Source: a virus
Lineage: Duplodnaviria; Caudoviricetes
Virus record (IMG/VR): IMGVR_UViG_2767802057_000001
Span: 3,839-67,838 of that record
Direction: 5' to 3' (one strand)
Length of the DNA stretch: 64,000 nucleotides
Shown: one piece after another, positions 53,649-62,863 of the stretch
How positions within the stretch are numbered: the stretch's first letter is position 1
Layout of the letters: each line of letters starts with the position of its first letter
Notes under the pieces: model-generated
Told to the model about the DNA's origin: nothing
The model's database searches: none
What the model saw: the letters and a program-made list of their open reading frames with translations, nothing else
Translations under genes and position numbers: made by a program

Positions 53649-53852
53649 ATGGACGAGCTGGACGAGAGGATTCAGGCCGCAGCCAAGAAGCGGGCCCGCG
53701 CCGAGAAAGCCTTCAACGACGCCGACGCCGAGCTGCGTGCACTGCTGGTCGAAGGCCGCGCCGCCGGCAAGGGGCCGTCGGCATTGGCCCGCCTGACGGG
53801 CTTCACCCGCGAGTGGGTTGCGAAGATCGCCCCTGCATCCAAGTCGTCCTGA
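53649..53852 (+). CDS. Small HTH regulator
   Basis: GKGPSALARLTGFTREWVAKI. Confidence 0.75.
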   Translation: MDELDERIQAAAKKRARAEKAFNDADAELRALLVEGRAAGKGPSALARLTGFTREWVAKIAPASKSS

Positions 53853-53880
53853 CATCCCCTCCTCCTCTCTGTCTCCTCCG

Positions 53881-53900
53881 GGCCCCGCTGTGGCGGGGCC
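53881..53900. terminator. Hairpin between convergent genes
   Basis: GGCCCCGC-tgtg-GCGGGGCC-TTTGT. Confidence 0.7.
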
Positions 53901-53915
53901 TTTGTCGTGTGCGGG

Positions 53916-55409
53916 CTAGGCGGCGGTGGCTGCGGTGCGGTTGAGGGCGTCCCAGACGCGGGAGCCGACCCACTGGGCGACGTTGCAGCTGACGGCGTTT
54001 CCGGCCTGCATGGTCTGTTCGCCCTTGTTGCCGTGGACGATGTAGTCGCCGGGGAAGCGCTGGGCGAGGAGCTGCTCGCGCGGCTGGATCATCCGGTAGT
54101 GGCAGTCCTCGAGGGCCGGGGCCGGCTCGAGGAGTCCGGCGGAGTCCTTGGTGCCGAGGGTGTGGAGCGGCTGCCCCGTCGTGCGGGTCGCGGCGTTCCG
54201 GTAGGGGATCACCAGCCAGTGGTGGCGGCCCTTGGCGGTGACCGTGTCCACCGGTTCCGACACGGGCGCGGACGTCGCGTTTCGGCGCAGGGTGACGATG
54301 AACGAGTCGTCGGCCTGCGGCGGCGTGAGCAGTGCCTCGAACCCCTTGGGGTTCGCCAGGCGGGTTCGCATCGGCTCCGACGTGCTGGTCGGCTCGGTGT
54401 TCCACGTGCCGCCCGCGGGGACGAGCACCGCGTCGCCGATCTTCACGGTGCGTGCGGCGAGCGGGGCCGCGTCGGCGGGGTAGGCGCGGCCGTCGTGCCC
54501 GCCGTGGTTGACGGTGAGGACCATGCGCTGGCGTCCGAGGAGGTCGAGGCCGGCGCGGATCCGCTTGACGGTGTTGGCTGCGAGGGGCCGCAGCCCGTGG
54601 GTTGGGCGGTCGCCGATACGGACGCCGAGGTTCGACCAGTCGATGATCGAGGCAGCCGGGCGGACGTAGGGTTCGACGATGGCGTGACGGCACTTGCTGT
54701 TGGGGCACCGGTAGTCGTACTGCTGCTTGTACTTGCCAACGGTGCGGCCGTTGCGCCACGACTGGACCGCGAGGATCTGTTCGTCGCACTCGGTGCACCA
54801 GGCGGCGGGCCGCGGCTTGAGATCGGGGAGCGGGATGTCCTTGCGGGTGAAGACGACGTAGATGCGGTCGCGCCACTGTGGGGCGGGCAGGTTGTCACCG
54901 GCGCCGATGTGCGCGGAGGAGGCGGAGACGATCTGGCTGTTGTAGCCGAGCATCTCCATGCCCTTGCGCCACCAGTCGAACAACTCCCAGTCGACGACGA
55001 ATTCGAGGACGTTCTCGCAGAGGATGGCCTTGTAGCGGTGGACTTCGGTGGCTCGGATGACGTCGTAGGCGGTGGCCCTGGTGCGTTCCCAGGCGGCGTC
55101 GGGGACGACGCCGTAGTCCTGGAGGTCGATGCCGATCTGCCCGTGGACGGGCTTGCGCTTGCGTCCGCCTGCGGGGCTGATCTCGGTGCAGATCGGGGAG
55201 GCCCACAGGATGTCGGTCTTGGGCAGGCGCCGCATGTCGTAGTTGTTGATGTCGGCGCACAGGTGGTCGGCGTCGCGGTGGTTCGCGGCGTGGGTTTCGA
55301 TGGCCCGCTGCCAGTGGTTGGCCGCCAGCTTCAGCTCGTACCCGGCGGCTACGAGGCCGGTCGATGAGCCGCCGGCGCCGCAGAAGATGTCGGTAAAGGT
55401 CAGGCTCAT
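53916..55409 (-). CDS. DNA (cytosine-5) methyltransferase
   Basis: DIFCGAGG (I), WASPIC (IV), ENV (VI), QWRDR (VIII), QAGNAV (X). Confidence 0.93.
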   Translation of the reverse strand: MSLTFTDIFCGAGGSSTGLVAAGYELKLAANHWQRAIETHAANHRDADHLCADINNYDMRRLPKTDILWASPICTEISPAGGRKRKPVHGQIGIDLQDYGVVPDAAWERTRATAYDVIRATEVHRYKAILCENVLEFVVDWELFDWWRKGMEMLGYNSQIVSASSAHIGAGDNLPAPQWRDRIYVVFTRKDIPLPDLKPRPAAWCTECDEQILAVQSWRNGRTVGKYKQQYDYRCPNSKCRHAIVEPYVRPAASIIDWSNLGVRIGDRPTHGLRPLAANTVKRIRAGLDLLGRQRMVLTVNHGGHDGRAYPADAAPLAARTVKIGDAVLVPAGGTWNTEPTSTSEPMRTRLANPKGFEALLTPPQADDSFIVTLRRNATSAPVSEPVDTVTAKGRHHWLVIPYRNAATRTTGQPLHTLGTKDSAGLLEPAPALEDCHYRMIQPREQLLAQRFPGDYIVHGNKGEQTMQAGNAVSCNVAQWVGSRVWDALNRTAATAA

Positions 55410-55792
55410 CAGGCGGCTTCCTTCAGGGTCTGCAGTCGTTGGTTGGCGTAGGTGCGGTTGGCGTCGGCGCAGGCGTCGCAGATGGGGGTGTGTTCGCGAA
55501 GGTGGCGCTTGTAGCCGGGGCGGGTGCCGCAGCGGGCGGGCGGGCGCCTCTTGGAGGGGGCGCGGTGGCGGCGGATGTTGCGGAGCTGGGTTTCGTCGAG
55601 GCCTCCCCAGACGCCGCTGTCCATGCGGTTGTCGATGGCCCACTGGGCGCACTGCTCGATGACGGGGCAGGCGCGGCAGATCCGCTTGGCGTCTTCGGCT
55701 TGCAGGCGGGTCTGGTCGGAGTCGCCGACGGGGAAGAACAGCTCGGGGTCTTCGTCGAGGCAGGCCGCGCGGTGGCGCCAGTCGCTGGTCAT
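55409..55792 (-). CDS. whiB: WhiB-family transcription factor with extra C-terminal Cys/His domain
   Basis: AACLDEDPELFFP, CRACPVIEQC, GVWGG; then CGT..GYKRHLR...CDAC. Confidence 0.92.
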   Translation of the reverse strand: MTSDWRHRAACLDEDPELFFPVGDSDQTRLQAEDAKRICRACPVIEQCAQWAIDNRMDSGVWGGLDETQLRNIRRHRAPSKRRPPARCGTRPGYKRHLREHTPICDACADANRTYANQRLQTLKEAA

Positions 55793-56193
55793 GCGGCCAC
55801 CTCCAGGCTGGCGATGGCCTGCCGCCACTTGCGGTCGGCGGTGAGGTGGACGGTGCACAGGCCGCGGCCGGCGCGGGCCTTGCCGCAGCCGTCACGGGTG
55901 CACAGCTGGTCCGGGTCGAGCATTCCGGCCTCGGCTTCCCACTCCCGGACGAGGCGCTCGTAGACGCAGAGGCGGGTGGAGACCGCGGCGCGCGGGATGT
56001 CGTGGCGGCGCAACCACAGGGCCGCCTCGCGGAGTTCGTCCTGGTTCAGCGGGGGCCTGGGGTCTTCGCCGCTGATGGCGCGTTCGACGGCGTACCAGTC
56101 GATGGTCTCGGTGCTGAACTCGTCCTCGGTCGTCGGCGGGACGAAGGTGGGGCGGTGGCCGCGGACTCGGCCGCCCAGGAGCTGCTCGGTCAC
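55789..56193 (-). CDS. HTH-like protein with C-terminal zinc finger
   Basis: IDWYAVERAISG...LREAALWL; CTRDGC...GLCTVH. Confidence 0.65.
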   Translation of the reverse strand: MTEQLLGGRVRGHRPTFVPPTTEDEFSTETIDWYAVERAISGEDPRPPLNQDELREAALWLRRHDIPRAAVSTRLCVYERLVREWEAEAGMLDPDQLCTRDGCGKARAGRGLCTVHLTADRKWRQAIASLEVAA

Positions 56194-56366
56194 GGGGTTT
56201 CCTCCTTCCGGGGCTGGTCGAAGTGGTCGATGACGTGGCGGAGTTCGGGGTGGCGGAGGTAGTCGTCGGCTCGTTGGAGGCCGCGGCGGATGGTGAGCCG
56301 GTCGTGGAGGCGGAGGCCGGCGGCGACGATGGCGATGGCGAGGACGACGGCGACCAGCGGGGTCAT
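56190..56366 (-). CDS. Small membrane protein
   Basis: TM helix; ATGA/GTGA overlaps (not in ORF track). Confidence 0.55.
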   Translation of the reverse strand: MTPLVAVVLAIAIVAAGLRLHDRLTIRRGLQRADDYLRHPELRHVIDHFDQPRKEETP

Positions 56367-56707
56367 GCGGCCCTCCTCGCGGCGGCGGTGCCGCGCCAGG
56401 TGCGGACTCCGCTGTGGTGGGCGGTGGGCCGGTTGCTGCAGGCCCAGCCGGCGGTCCGCACGTAGCCCTCGTCCTTCAGGAGGGTCATCAGCCGGCCCCA
56501 GTGGGCTTGCGGGTTCGGCGGGTCGGGCAGCTGGTGGGCGTCGGCGATCTCGTAGGTGGTGAAGGTGCGGCCGGAAGCGGCGGCGGCTATGAAGGCGGGC
56601 CAGACGATGGCCAGCCAGGTCTCGTAGTCCTCGGCGCGCTGCCGGGTCTTCGTCTTCCGCTGCTCGGGCACGGTGCCGTCGAGGGCGGGCTGCACAGTGG
56701 CGGTCAC
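56363..56707 (-). CDS. Winged-helix-like hypothetical protein
   Basis: FTTYEIAD...HWGRLMTLLKDEGYV. Confidence 0.6.
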   Translation of the reverse strand: MTATVQPALDGTVPEQRKTKTRQRAEDYETWLAIVWPAFIAAAASGRTFTTYEIADAHQLPDPPNPQAHWGRLMTLLKDEGYVRTAGWACSNRPTAHHSGVRTWRGTAAARRAA

Positions 56708-57003
56708 GACGCGGACTCCGTCTGCTCGATGTCCTCGTTGAGTCCGTCCTCGTCGCCGTTGGTCAGCGAGTTCGACAGCCAGGCGGCGAGCTCGTCGGCG
56801 GCGTCCTCGCTGACGTTGCGGGCGACCCACTCGACGGCGGCGGCGAGGTTGTAGGCGTAGCCGGAGCCGAGGACGCAGGCCATGCGCAGGGCCGGGTCTG
56901 CGTTGGCTCCGGCCGCTCCAGTGGCGGGGAAGTAGTCGCGGCTCGCGTCGAGCAAGCCCTGACGGAGGTCGTTTCGGTCGTCGTGGTACGGCAGACGCTG
57001 CAT
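56704..57003 (-). CDS. Hypothetical protein
   Basis: AAGGAAA RBS. Confidence 0.6.
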   Translation of the reverse strand: MQRLPYHDDRNDLRQGLLDASRDYFPATGAAGANADPALRMACVLGSGYAYNLAAAVEWVARNVSEDAADELAAWLSNSLTNGDEDGLNEDIEQTESAS

Positions 57004-57074
57004 GGCGTGGTTTCCTTGTCGGGTTATGGGGCCGCCCGCGATTCGCCCGCGGGCGGCCCTGTCGCGTGTGCGGG

Positions 57075-57935
57075 CTACTTGGTGGGCTGGCCAGCCCACG
57101 GGTCGTCGTCCGGCGGGCCCTGCTTGCGGCCGGCGCCGTTCTTGCTGGTGATCTCGCCGCCGGTGATGCGGGCCTGCGGGAAGGCTTCGTCGAGTGCGAT
57201 CTCGCGGCGCTGGATCGACTTGTGGGTGATGAGCAGCTGGGCGATGTCGGCGCCGTTCCACTGCTCGCGGGGGCGGCCGAGCTTCTGCTCCAGGCGGTCG
57301 GGGTTGATGCCGAGCTGCTGGAACACCTTGACGGCGCCGTCGATGCGCTCGGGCAGGGGCTTGCCGTCGCCCTTGGCGAGGGTCTCCCGGCACAGCTCTT
57401 CGGCTTCGTCGATGAAGAAGTCCGGGATCACCGCGAAGATCGCCTCGCGGAGGCGGCGGGCGCCGTTGTTGGCGTTGTTCTCGTAGATGTCGCGCAGGTC
57501 GATGAGGGCTTCGACCTTGCCCTTGGCGAACTTGGCGTGCGGGACGACGAAGGTGAGGACGTGCCGGGTGTTGGCTTCGACGTCCCACGCCCAGGCCTGC
57601 ATCTCGGACTGGCGGTGGTCGTCGTCACGGCGCATCTCGGAGACGCCGTACTGGATGTTCCCCCACGCCTGGGCAAGCGTCTTGGCGAGGTGGATCGTCG
57701 ATCCCTCGACGGCTCCGCCGGCCCGCGGGAACCGGTAGAAGGCTTTCTCGGCGAGGGCCATGGATCCGCAGGCGGCCTGCATGGCGGCCCGGGAGCGGCC
57801 GACGTCGCGGGGGAACTGGCGGGCCACGTAGATGGCGGCTTGGACTTCTGCGACGGCGCGGGACTGCTCGACTGCGGTGGCCTGGCCGATGCGGTCGGCG
57901 CCCGGCGCTGCGGGCATCTGGGCGGGGAAGCTCAT
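57075..57935 (-). CDS. Probable ssDNA-annealing (RecT-like) recombination protein
   Basis: Coupled directly after RecE-like exonuclease; AVAEVQAA...QFPRD...YRFPRAGGAVEGSTIHLA family motif; function inferred from position. Confidence 0.55.
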   Translation of the reverse strand: MSFPAQMPAAPGADRIGQATAVEQSRAVAEVQAAIYVARQFPRDVGRSRAAMQAACGSMALAEKAFYRFPRAGGAVEGSTIHLAKTLAQAWGNIQYGVSEMRRDDDHRQSEMQAWAWDVEANTRHVLTFVVPHAKFAKGKVEALIDLRDIYENNANNGARRLREAIFAVIPDFFIDEAEELCRETLAKGDGKPLPERIDGAVKVFQQLGINPDRLEQKLGRPREQWNGADIAQLLITHKSIQRREIALDEAFPQARITGGEITSKNGAGRKQGPPDDDPWAGQPTK

Positions 57936-58807
57936 GGGAGGTACAGCTCCTTGTCGCGGGCCTCGGCGTAGCCGGGCAGGGCGAGGTAGTTGGGGTTGTG
58001 GTCGGCGTAGCCGGGCCAGTAGCCGGTGGATGTGCACTCGGCGAAGGTCTCGATGGCGACGCGGTTCTTGGCGCGGCCGATCTCGCGGGAGAAGAACTCA
58101 ATGCCGATCACGTTGATCAGGTAGGGCGGTTTCTTCTCCTGGACGATGAGGAGCATCTCGGCATCCGCTCCGCCGAGGCCGAGGGCTTGTGCGGCCTCCT
58201 CGTACCAGGCGGCCTGGCAGTTGTAGCCGTACTTGGCGATGTCCTTCTGCATCGCGTCTTCGCTGGCGTCGGTGGCGGTCTTGTAGTCGGGGATGATCAG
58301 CCGGCCGGACTGGATGGAAGGCAGCCAGTCGAAGCGGACGCGGCGGCGGATCCCGGTGGGTTCGTCGATCCAGAAGCCGGACTGCTCGGGCGCCCCGTAG
58401 GCGGGGTCGAGAAGTGCGGCGGCGAGGGGGTGCTGGCGGATCGCGGCGGCCATGTCCTTGACCATCTGCATCTCGTGGTCCTTGAGCGGGATTCCTCCGC
58501 GCTCGCGGATCTCGGCGATGTGGGCCTTGGCTTTGCCGGTGTCCCAGCGGGCGCCGGGCACGACCTCGAGGGCGGGTCCGTTGCCGAGGACCAGCTTGTG
58601 GGCGGCGTTGCCGTAGTCGAACGTCTTGGTGGCGGGCTGCGGGTTGTCTTGCTCGTAGCGGAATTTGGCGGGGCAGGACGGCGGCAGGATCTTCCGGGCG
58701 CCGGACGAGGACAGCGAGGTCTTGTCCGCGTGGTACGCCTCGTTCGACAGCTCGGTGTGCAGGCCCAGCGCGGGCGCCTCAGCCGGCGCTTCCACGGCGG
58801 CGGTCAC
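57932..58807 (-). CDS. RecE/exonuclease VIII-like PD-(D/E)xK nuclease (DUF3799-like)
   Basis: YHAD..SLSSSG, GNAAH, PEQSGFW, RFDWL...IPDYKT, YGYNCQAAWY. Confidence 0.88.
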   Translation of the reverse strand: MTAAVEAPAEAPALGLHTELSNEAYHADKTSLSSSGARKILPPSCPAKFRYEQDNPQPATKTFDYGNAAHKLVLGNGPALEVVPGARWDTGKAKAHIAEIRERGGIPLKDHEMQMVKDMAAAIRQHPLAAALLDPAYGAPEQSGFWIDEPTGIRRRVRFDWLPSIQSGRLIIPDYKTATDASEDAMQKDIAKYGYNCQAAWYEEAAQALGLGGADAEMLLIVQEKKPPYLINVIGIEFFSREIGRAKNRVAIETFAECTSTGYWPGYADHNPNYLALPGYAEARDKELYLP

Positions 58808-58896
58808 TGGTCACCGTCCGCGCAGTCTTCGCAGAGGCCGTCCCGGGTGAACGGGCCGTCGGTATTGCCGCACTGGCGGCAGGCGAGGGGGCTCAT
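58804..58896 (-). CDS. Tiny zinc-ribbon peptide
   Basis: CRQCG...LCEDC; TGATG and GTGA overlaps. Confidence 0.5.
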   Translation of the reverse strand: MSPLACRQCGNTDGPFTRDGLCEDCADGDQ

Positions 58897-59183
58897 CAGA
58901 AGGGCACGTTCGGGCTGGAGTCGACGGCCACCGTCTCGCCCTGGGCGATGCGTTGGAGGGTGGCGATTCCTTCCTCGTCGTACTTGGCGAGCAGGATCGC
59001 GCGCCCGTACTCGGGGAACGCGGAGAGGAGCTTGGCTCGGTTGGCCATGTCGGCACGGTCGATGAGCGTGATGAGGGTCTCGGTCCAGTCGCCGGCCGGG
59101 TAGCCGCCGCGGCCGAAGTGCGAGAGGACGTGCGCGGCGACCTCGGCGGGAATGGTGGGGCTGGTGGTGTCTGTGAGGCTCAT
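58896..59183 (-). CDS. Hypothetical protein
   Basis: GAAGGA RBS. Confidence 0.65.
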   Translation of the reverse strand: MSLTDTTSPTIPAEVAAHVLSHFGRGGYPAGDWTETLITLIDRADMANRAKLLSAFPEYGRAILLAKYDEEGIATLQRIAQGETVAVDSSPNVPF

Positions 59184-59351
59184 CGGTCCTTCTTTCGGGA
59201 TGGGTGGTGCCGGGCCCCGCCCTCTCGGGGGATGGGAGGGCGGGGCCTCGGCTGGCCGCGGAGCGCTGGGGGTGGCGCTCGACACGGCCGTCTATGGGGT
59301 TGTGGCTTGGGCGCCGGCCGGGCGGGATCGCGTCTCCGCCCGACCGGCGGG

Positions 59352-59810
59352 TCAGTGGATGCGCCCTGGGTCGGTGACGGGGCCGATGCCGAGCGCCTGC
59401 CAGAGCGGTAGGACGTCGATCGGTGCGGTGGCCTGGTCCTCGATGGCGCTGGTGTCGCGGACCATCGGCGGCACGCTGATCGCGTTGGCGTTCGCTTCGG
59501 CCGCGAGCTCCGGGCCGAACCGGACGCGGAGGGCGGCGAGCTGGTCGCGGAGCACGTCGCGCTGCTCGGTCAACTCGTCGATGTCGGCCTGCTGCTGGAC
59601 GACGATCTCCTCTGCCTCCGCCTGCTTGGCTGCGGTGTCGGCGAGGGCCTGGTCCTTGTCGTGGAGCTGCAGCTGCAGTCCGGCGATGAGGGCGTGGGCT
59701 CCTTCCAGCAGGCCGCGGAGCCGGGCGACTTCGTCGACGGCGCGGTGTCGGCGGGCGGTCCGTTCGGGGCGGAGGTGGCCGAGGCGTATCGGCAGCAGGC
59801 TGACGCTCAC
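59352..59810 (-). CDS. Coiled-coil hypothetical protein
   Basis: Heptad region; GTGA overlap. Confidence 0.65.
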   Translation of the reverse strand: MSVSLLPIRLGHLRPERTARRHRAVDEVARLRGLLEGAHALIAGLQLQLHDKDQALADTAAKQAEAEEIVVQQQADIDELTEQRDVLRDQLAALRVRFGPELAAEANANAISVPPMVRDTSAIEDQATAPIDVLPLWQALGIGPVTDPGRIH

Positions 59811-60037
59811 AGCTCGATTCCTTCGTTGACAGAGCTTTCACAGCGGGTGTTGGCGTCGCCGTCCACGGGGTCGTCGTCGATCTCGATGAGTCCGGCCTCT
59901 ATGGAGGCGATCAGGTCCGGGTCGGTGATCCAGGCGGGTACGGGCCGGCTGGTGAGGCCGAGGCCGGACAGCAGGCCGGGCAGGATCACCGGGTCCGCGG
60001 TGTCGGGCGTCGGCGGCAGGTCGAGGAGATCTGTCAT
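59807..60037 (-). CDS. Small acidic protein
   Basis: TGATG overlap. Confidence 0.55.
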   Translation of the reverse strand: MTDLLDLPPTPDTADPVILPGLLSGLGLTSRPVPAWITDPDLIASIEAGLIEIDDDPVDGDANTRCESSVNEGIEL

Positions 60038-60210
60038 CACGCGACCGCCGCTTCGGGGTCCATGCGGGCGGCGTCGAGGCGCAGCTCGTACTCGCGGACC
60101 TGGCCGGGCGTCCATGCGCGCTCATCCGGGCCGAACTCCCGGTGGGCCTCCGTGTAGACGCGGATGAGGGCGTCTTCCACGATGTCGGCGAGACGGATCG
60201 GGGAAGCCAT
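60037..60210 (-). CDS. Small hypothetical protein
   Basis: TGATG overlaps both sides. Confidence 0.55.
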   Translation of the reverse strand: MASPIRLADIVEDALIRVYTEAHREFGPDERAWTPGQVREYELRLDAARMDPEAAVA

Positions 60211-60536
60211 CACGCCACCGCCGCAAGGAGTGCCAGGTTGGGGCTGTAGCCGACCAACTCGACCTTGGCGTCCGCGATCTCCCCGAAGCCCGACAGGACC
60301 ATGGTGGTGTCGCCGGACTGCAGGTTCCGGCGGACGGCGGCCGGCTCGATGCCGAGGGCCTCCCGCCACGCCTCGAACGCGCGCAGGTCGCCGTGTACGG
60401 ACAGCGTCAGGCGGTCCGGGCTGTGCGGTGACACCTCGACGTGGGGTGCGGGCAGGTTCGGGTGGTCGGCCAGCAGGAGACGAACGAGGGCCAGCGGACG
60501 GGCCAGTTCAGCGAGGCGGGTCACGGCGGCGGTCAT
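60210..60536 (-). CDS. Hypothetical protein
   Basis: GGAGG RBS; ATGA overlap. Confidence 0.65.
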   Translation of the reverse strand: MTAAVTRLAELARPLALVRLLLADHPNLPAPHVEVSPHSPDRLTLSVHGDLRAFEAWREALGIEPAAVRRNLQSGDTTMVLSGFGEIADAKVELVGYSPNLALLAAVA

Positions 60537-61294
60537 GCGGCCACCTCCGCCGGCTTGCGGGCGGCGTCCCACAGGTCGATGCCGCGGCGGATCGCGTAGC
60601 AGGACCACAGGAAGCCAGGTGTGAAGTCCTTCAGCTGCCACTCGTGCCAGTCGGCGAAGTAGTACGGGTACTCGCTGTCGTCGCCCTCGGGGCGGTACGA
60701 GAAGTCGTGCAGCGCGCGGTGGGCCTCCTCCTCGTACTCGATGTTGTAGTCGGCGAAGTCGCTGAAGAAGTGGTCGTGCACTGCCTCGCGGAGCTGTCGG
60801 TTGGCAGTCCGCCACTCCTGGCGGACCTGCCGGGCCAGTTCCTTGCGGATGCCGGGCGTGGTCTTCAGCTCTGCCGGGGTGAAGCCCAGCTTCTGGGCCT
60901 GCGCCGACACTCGGACTTCGAGGTCGTCACGCATCCACTGCGCGATCGTCGTCGCGATCTCCCACTTCAGGAGGTCTGGCTCGTAGCCCTCGATCTCGTC
61001 GCGTCCGGCGCGGACCTTCTGCTCCCAGTAGCCGGGGTTGATCTCCCCAGTGCGGGCTGTACGACGGAAGACTTCGAACATGTCCTCGGTCGCGTCGATG
61101 TCGAAGTGGAACGTCCACCCCGTCTTGACCACCAGGTTGTACGGCCAGGTGATGAGCTGGAAGGCGCCGATGCTGCCGTGCTCGGGGTTCATGAACTTGA
61201 GGTGCCGGTAGAGGCCGTCGTCATGCAGGACGGTCATCTTGTGGCCGGCCGTGTCGCGGGCGAACCGGGCGGCGATCTCCGGGTAGTCGGTCAT
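60533..61294 (-). CDS. Conserved phage hypothetical protein
   Basis: HDDGLYRHLKF...FQLITWPYNL...INPGYWEQK; AAGGAGA RBS. Confidence 0.75.
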   Translation of the reverse strand: MTDYPEIAARFARDTAGHKMTVLHDDGLYRHLKFMNPEHGSIGAFQLITWPYNLVVKTGWTFHFDIDATEDMFEVFRRTARTGEINPGYWEQKVRAGRDEIEGYEPDLLKWEIATTIAQWMRDDLEVRVSAQAQKLGFTPAELKTTPGIRKELARQVRQEWRTANRQLREAVHDHFFSDFADYNIEYEEEAHRALHDFSYRPEGDDSEYPYYFADWHEWQLKDFTPGFLWSCYAIRRGIDLWDAARKPAEVAA

Positions 61295-61578
61295 CGGTTC
61301 GTCTCCTTGGCGGTGCGGGCGCGGCGGTTGTCGGCTTCGCGGGCGGCGATCCACTCGGCGAAGCCCGGGTAGGTGTCGTCGGTCGCGAGGAGTTCGGGGT
61401 GGCGGACGAGGCGGGCGTCGAGCCGGTAGACCAGCTGGTCCTTCGGATCCGTCGCACGCTCGGCGGCCTGGCGGAACTGCAGGGCGGCGATGCGGCGGTC
61501 GCGCTCCTGCCACAGACGCTCGGCCTCGGCCTCGACGACGGGCAGCGGCACGTCCAGGGCGGAGATCGGGCGGGTCAC
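61291..61578 (-). CDS. Hypothetical protein
   Basis: GAGGAGG RBS; overlaps. Confidence 0.6.
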   Translation of the reverse strand: MTRPISALDVPLPVVEAEAERLWQERDRRIAALQFRQAAERATDPKDQLVYRLDARLVRHPELLATDDTYPGFAEWIAAREADNRRARTAKETNR

Positions 61579-62219
61579 CGGGCCGCCTCCTCGTCCTCGC
61601 GCGGAGTGCAGCGGGGCGCGCCGGGGCAGGGGTTGAAGCCGTTGTGCCGGGCGCAGAGCAGCCGCGACGGGTAGTGGCCGCCGTCCTTCAGCGGGTCGAT
61701 CAAGTCGGCGAGCTCGCGGCCGTAGGTGGCGAGCTCCTGCGCGCCCTCAAGCTGCCGCAGGTTCGTGTCGGACCGCTGGTCCTTCGCCGCCTCCTCGACG
61801 GCCCTGTTGCCGATGGCGCGCTGGTAGTTGAGGAGCGTCTCCTCGGTGAGGATCTTCCGCAGGAACCAGTCGACCTCGGCGGGCGTCGCGCGGTACCGGT
61901 TCGGGCGCTTCGCCAGCTCAGCCCGCGCCTCGTCGCGTTCGGCGCGGACCGCGGCCAGCTCGGCGTCCACGGTCGTTCCCGGGTACACGGGGACCGCGCG
62001 GGGGCAGCGCGTCTCTTGGTCCTGCGCCTTCAGGTACGGCCGGTCGACGAAGGTGAGAGCGCTCGTCGTCTCGGGCCGGTGCTGGAAGACGAAACCCTCG
62101 CCCTCGACGAACACCCAGTCGTGGTGGGTGCGGGCGTCGTGGGGCTCATCGGAGTGGTCGCAGTAGTAGCCGACCGGCTTCATCTCGGCTTCGCCTTCGG
62201 GCGTCAGACGGTCGGTCAT
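61575..62219 (-). CDS. Hypothetical protein
   Basis: GGAGG RBS; overlaps. Confidence 0.6.
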   Translation of the reverse strand: MTDRLTPEGEAEMKPVGYYCDHSDEPHDARTHHDWVFVEGEGFVFQHRPETTSALTFVDRPYLKAQDQETRCPRAVPVYPGTTVDAELAAVRAERDEARAELAKRPNRYRATPAEVDWFLRKILTEETLLNYQRAIGNRAVEEAAKDQRSDTNLRQLEGAQELATYGRELADLIDPLKDGGHYPSRLLCARHNGFNPCPGAPRCTPREDEEAAR

Positions 62220-62464
62220 GACAGCACCTCCGTCGCCTGCTCGGGCCGCAGCGGAGAGGCGGCGAGGGTCTTGTCGGCGCGGTGCCACTGGGCGAGGACC
62301 CGCTCACGGGTCGCCATCTGCGCCGGCCGGAACGGCAGACACGGGATCGACAGCCACTCCTCCGCACGGTCCGCATCCGCAGCGGCCTGCACCACGTGCA
62401 CGGGCGCCAGGCGGGCGGAGAACAGGCGGACAGCAGCCGGAGTCGGGATACGCACGGCGGTCAT
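62216..62464 (-). CDS. Hypothetical protein
   Basis: ATGA overlaps. Confidence 0.55.
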   Translation of the reverse strand: MTAVRIPTPAAVRLFSARLAPVHVVQAAADADRAEEWLSIPCLPFRPAQMATRERVLAQWHRADKTLAASPLRPEQATEVLS

Positions 62465-62781
62465 CGCGCACCTGCCTCGACGTCCGCGTTCAGCAGCTCC
62501 ACCAGGTACGCGGCGATCGCCGTGGAGTACGTCTCGATCTGCGGCCACGGGCAGCAGTCGTAGACGCCGTGCTCGTCACGAGCCGGGCCGCCGGGGTAGT
62601 CGGGGATCTCGTGCAGTGCGTTGGTGCGCTCGCCGTTGCAGACGGGGGCGAGACCGGTGAGGGACTCGCTGTCAGTGGCGATCAGCCGCCACTTCGGGTG
62701 TTCGGTGCCCGTGTCCTGCTTGAGGATCTCGGCGGCTGAGGCGCGTGCCCTCATGAGGGCCGGAGTCTGAGATGATGGCAT
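62461..62781 (-). CDS. Hypothetical protein
   Basis: GAAGGG RBS; APVC...H...YDCCP motif. Confidence 0.6.
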   Translation of the reverse strand: MPSSQTPALMRARASAAEILKQDTGTEHPKWRLIATDSESLTGLAPVCNGERTNALHEIPDYPGGPARDEHGVYDCCPWPQIETYSTAIAAYLVELLNADVEAGAR

Positions 62782-62863
62782 TGATCTGCCCTTCTGTTCA
62801 CGGATGGTGTGGGTGGATCGGAGGTCGCCTCGTTGCACCGGGGCGGCCTCTTTGCGTGCCGCG

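Noticed and set aside
48057-55409. Restriction-modification system
   Set aside because: No cognate endonuclease near either MTase; the only PD-(D/E)xK protein is the RecE-like exonuclease
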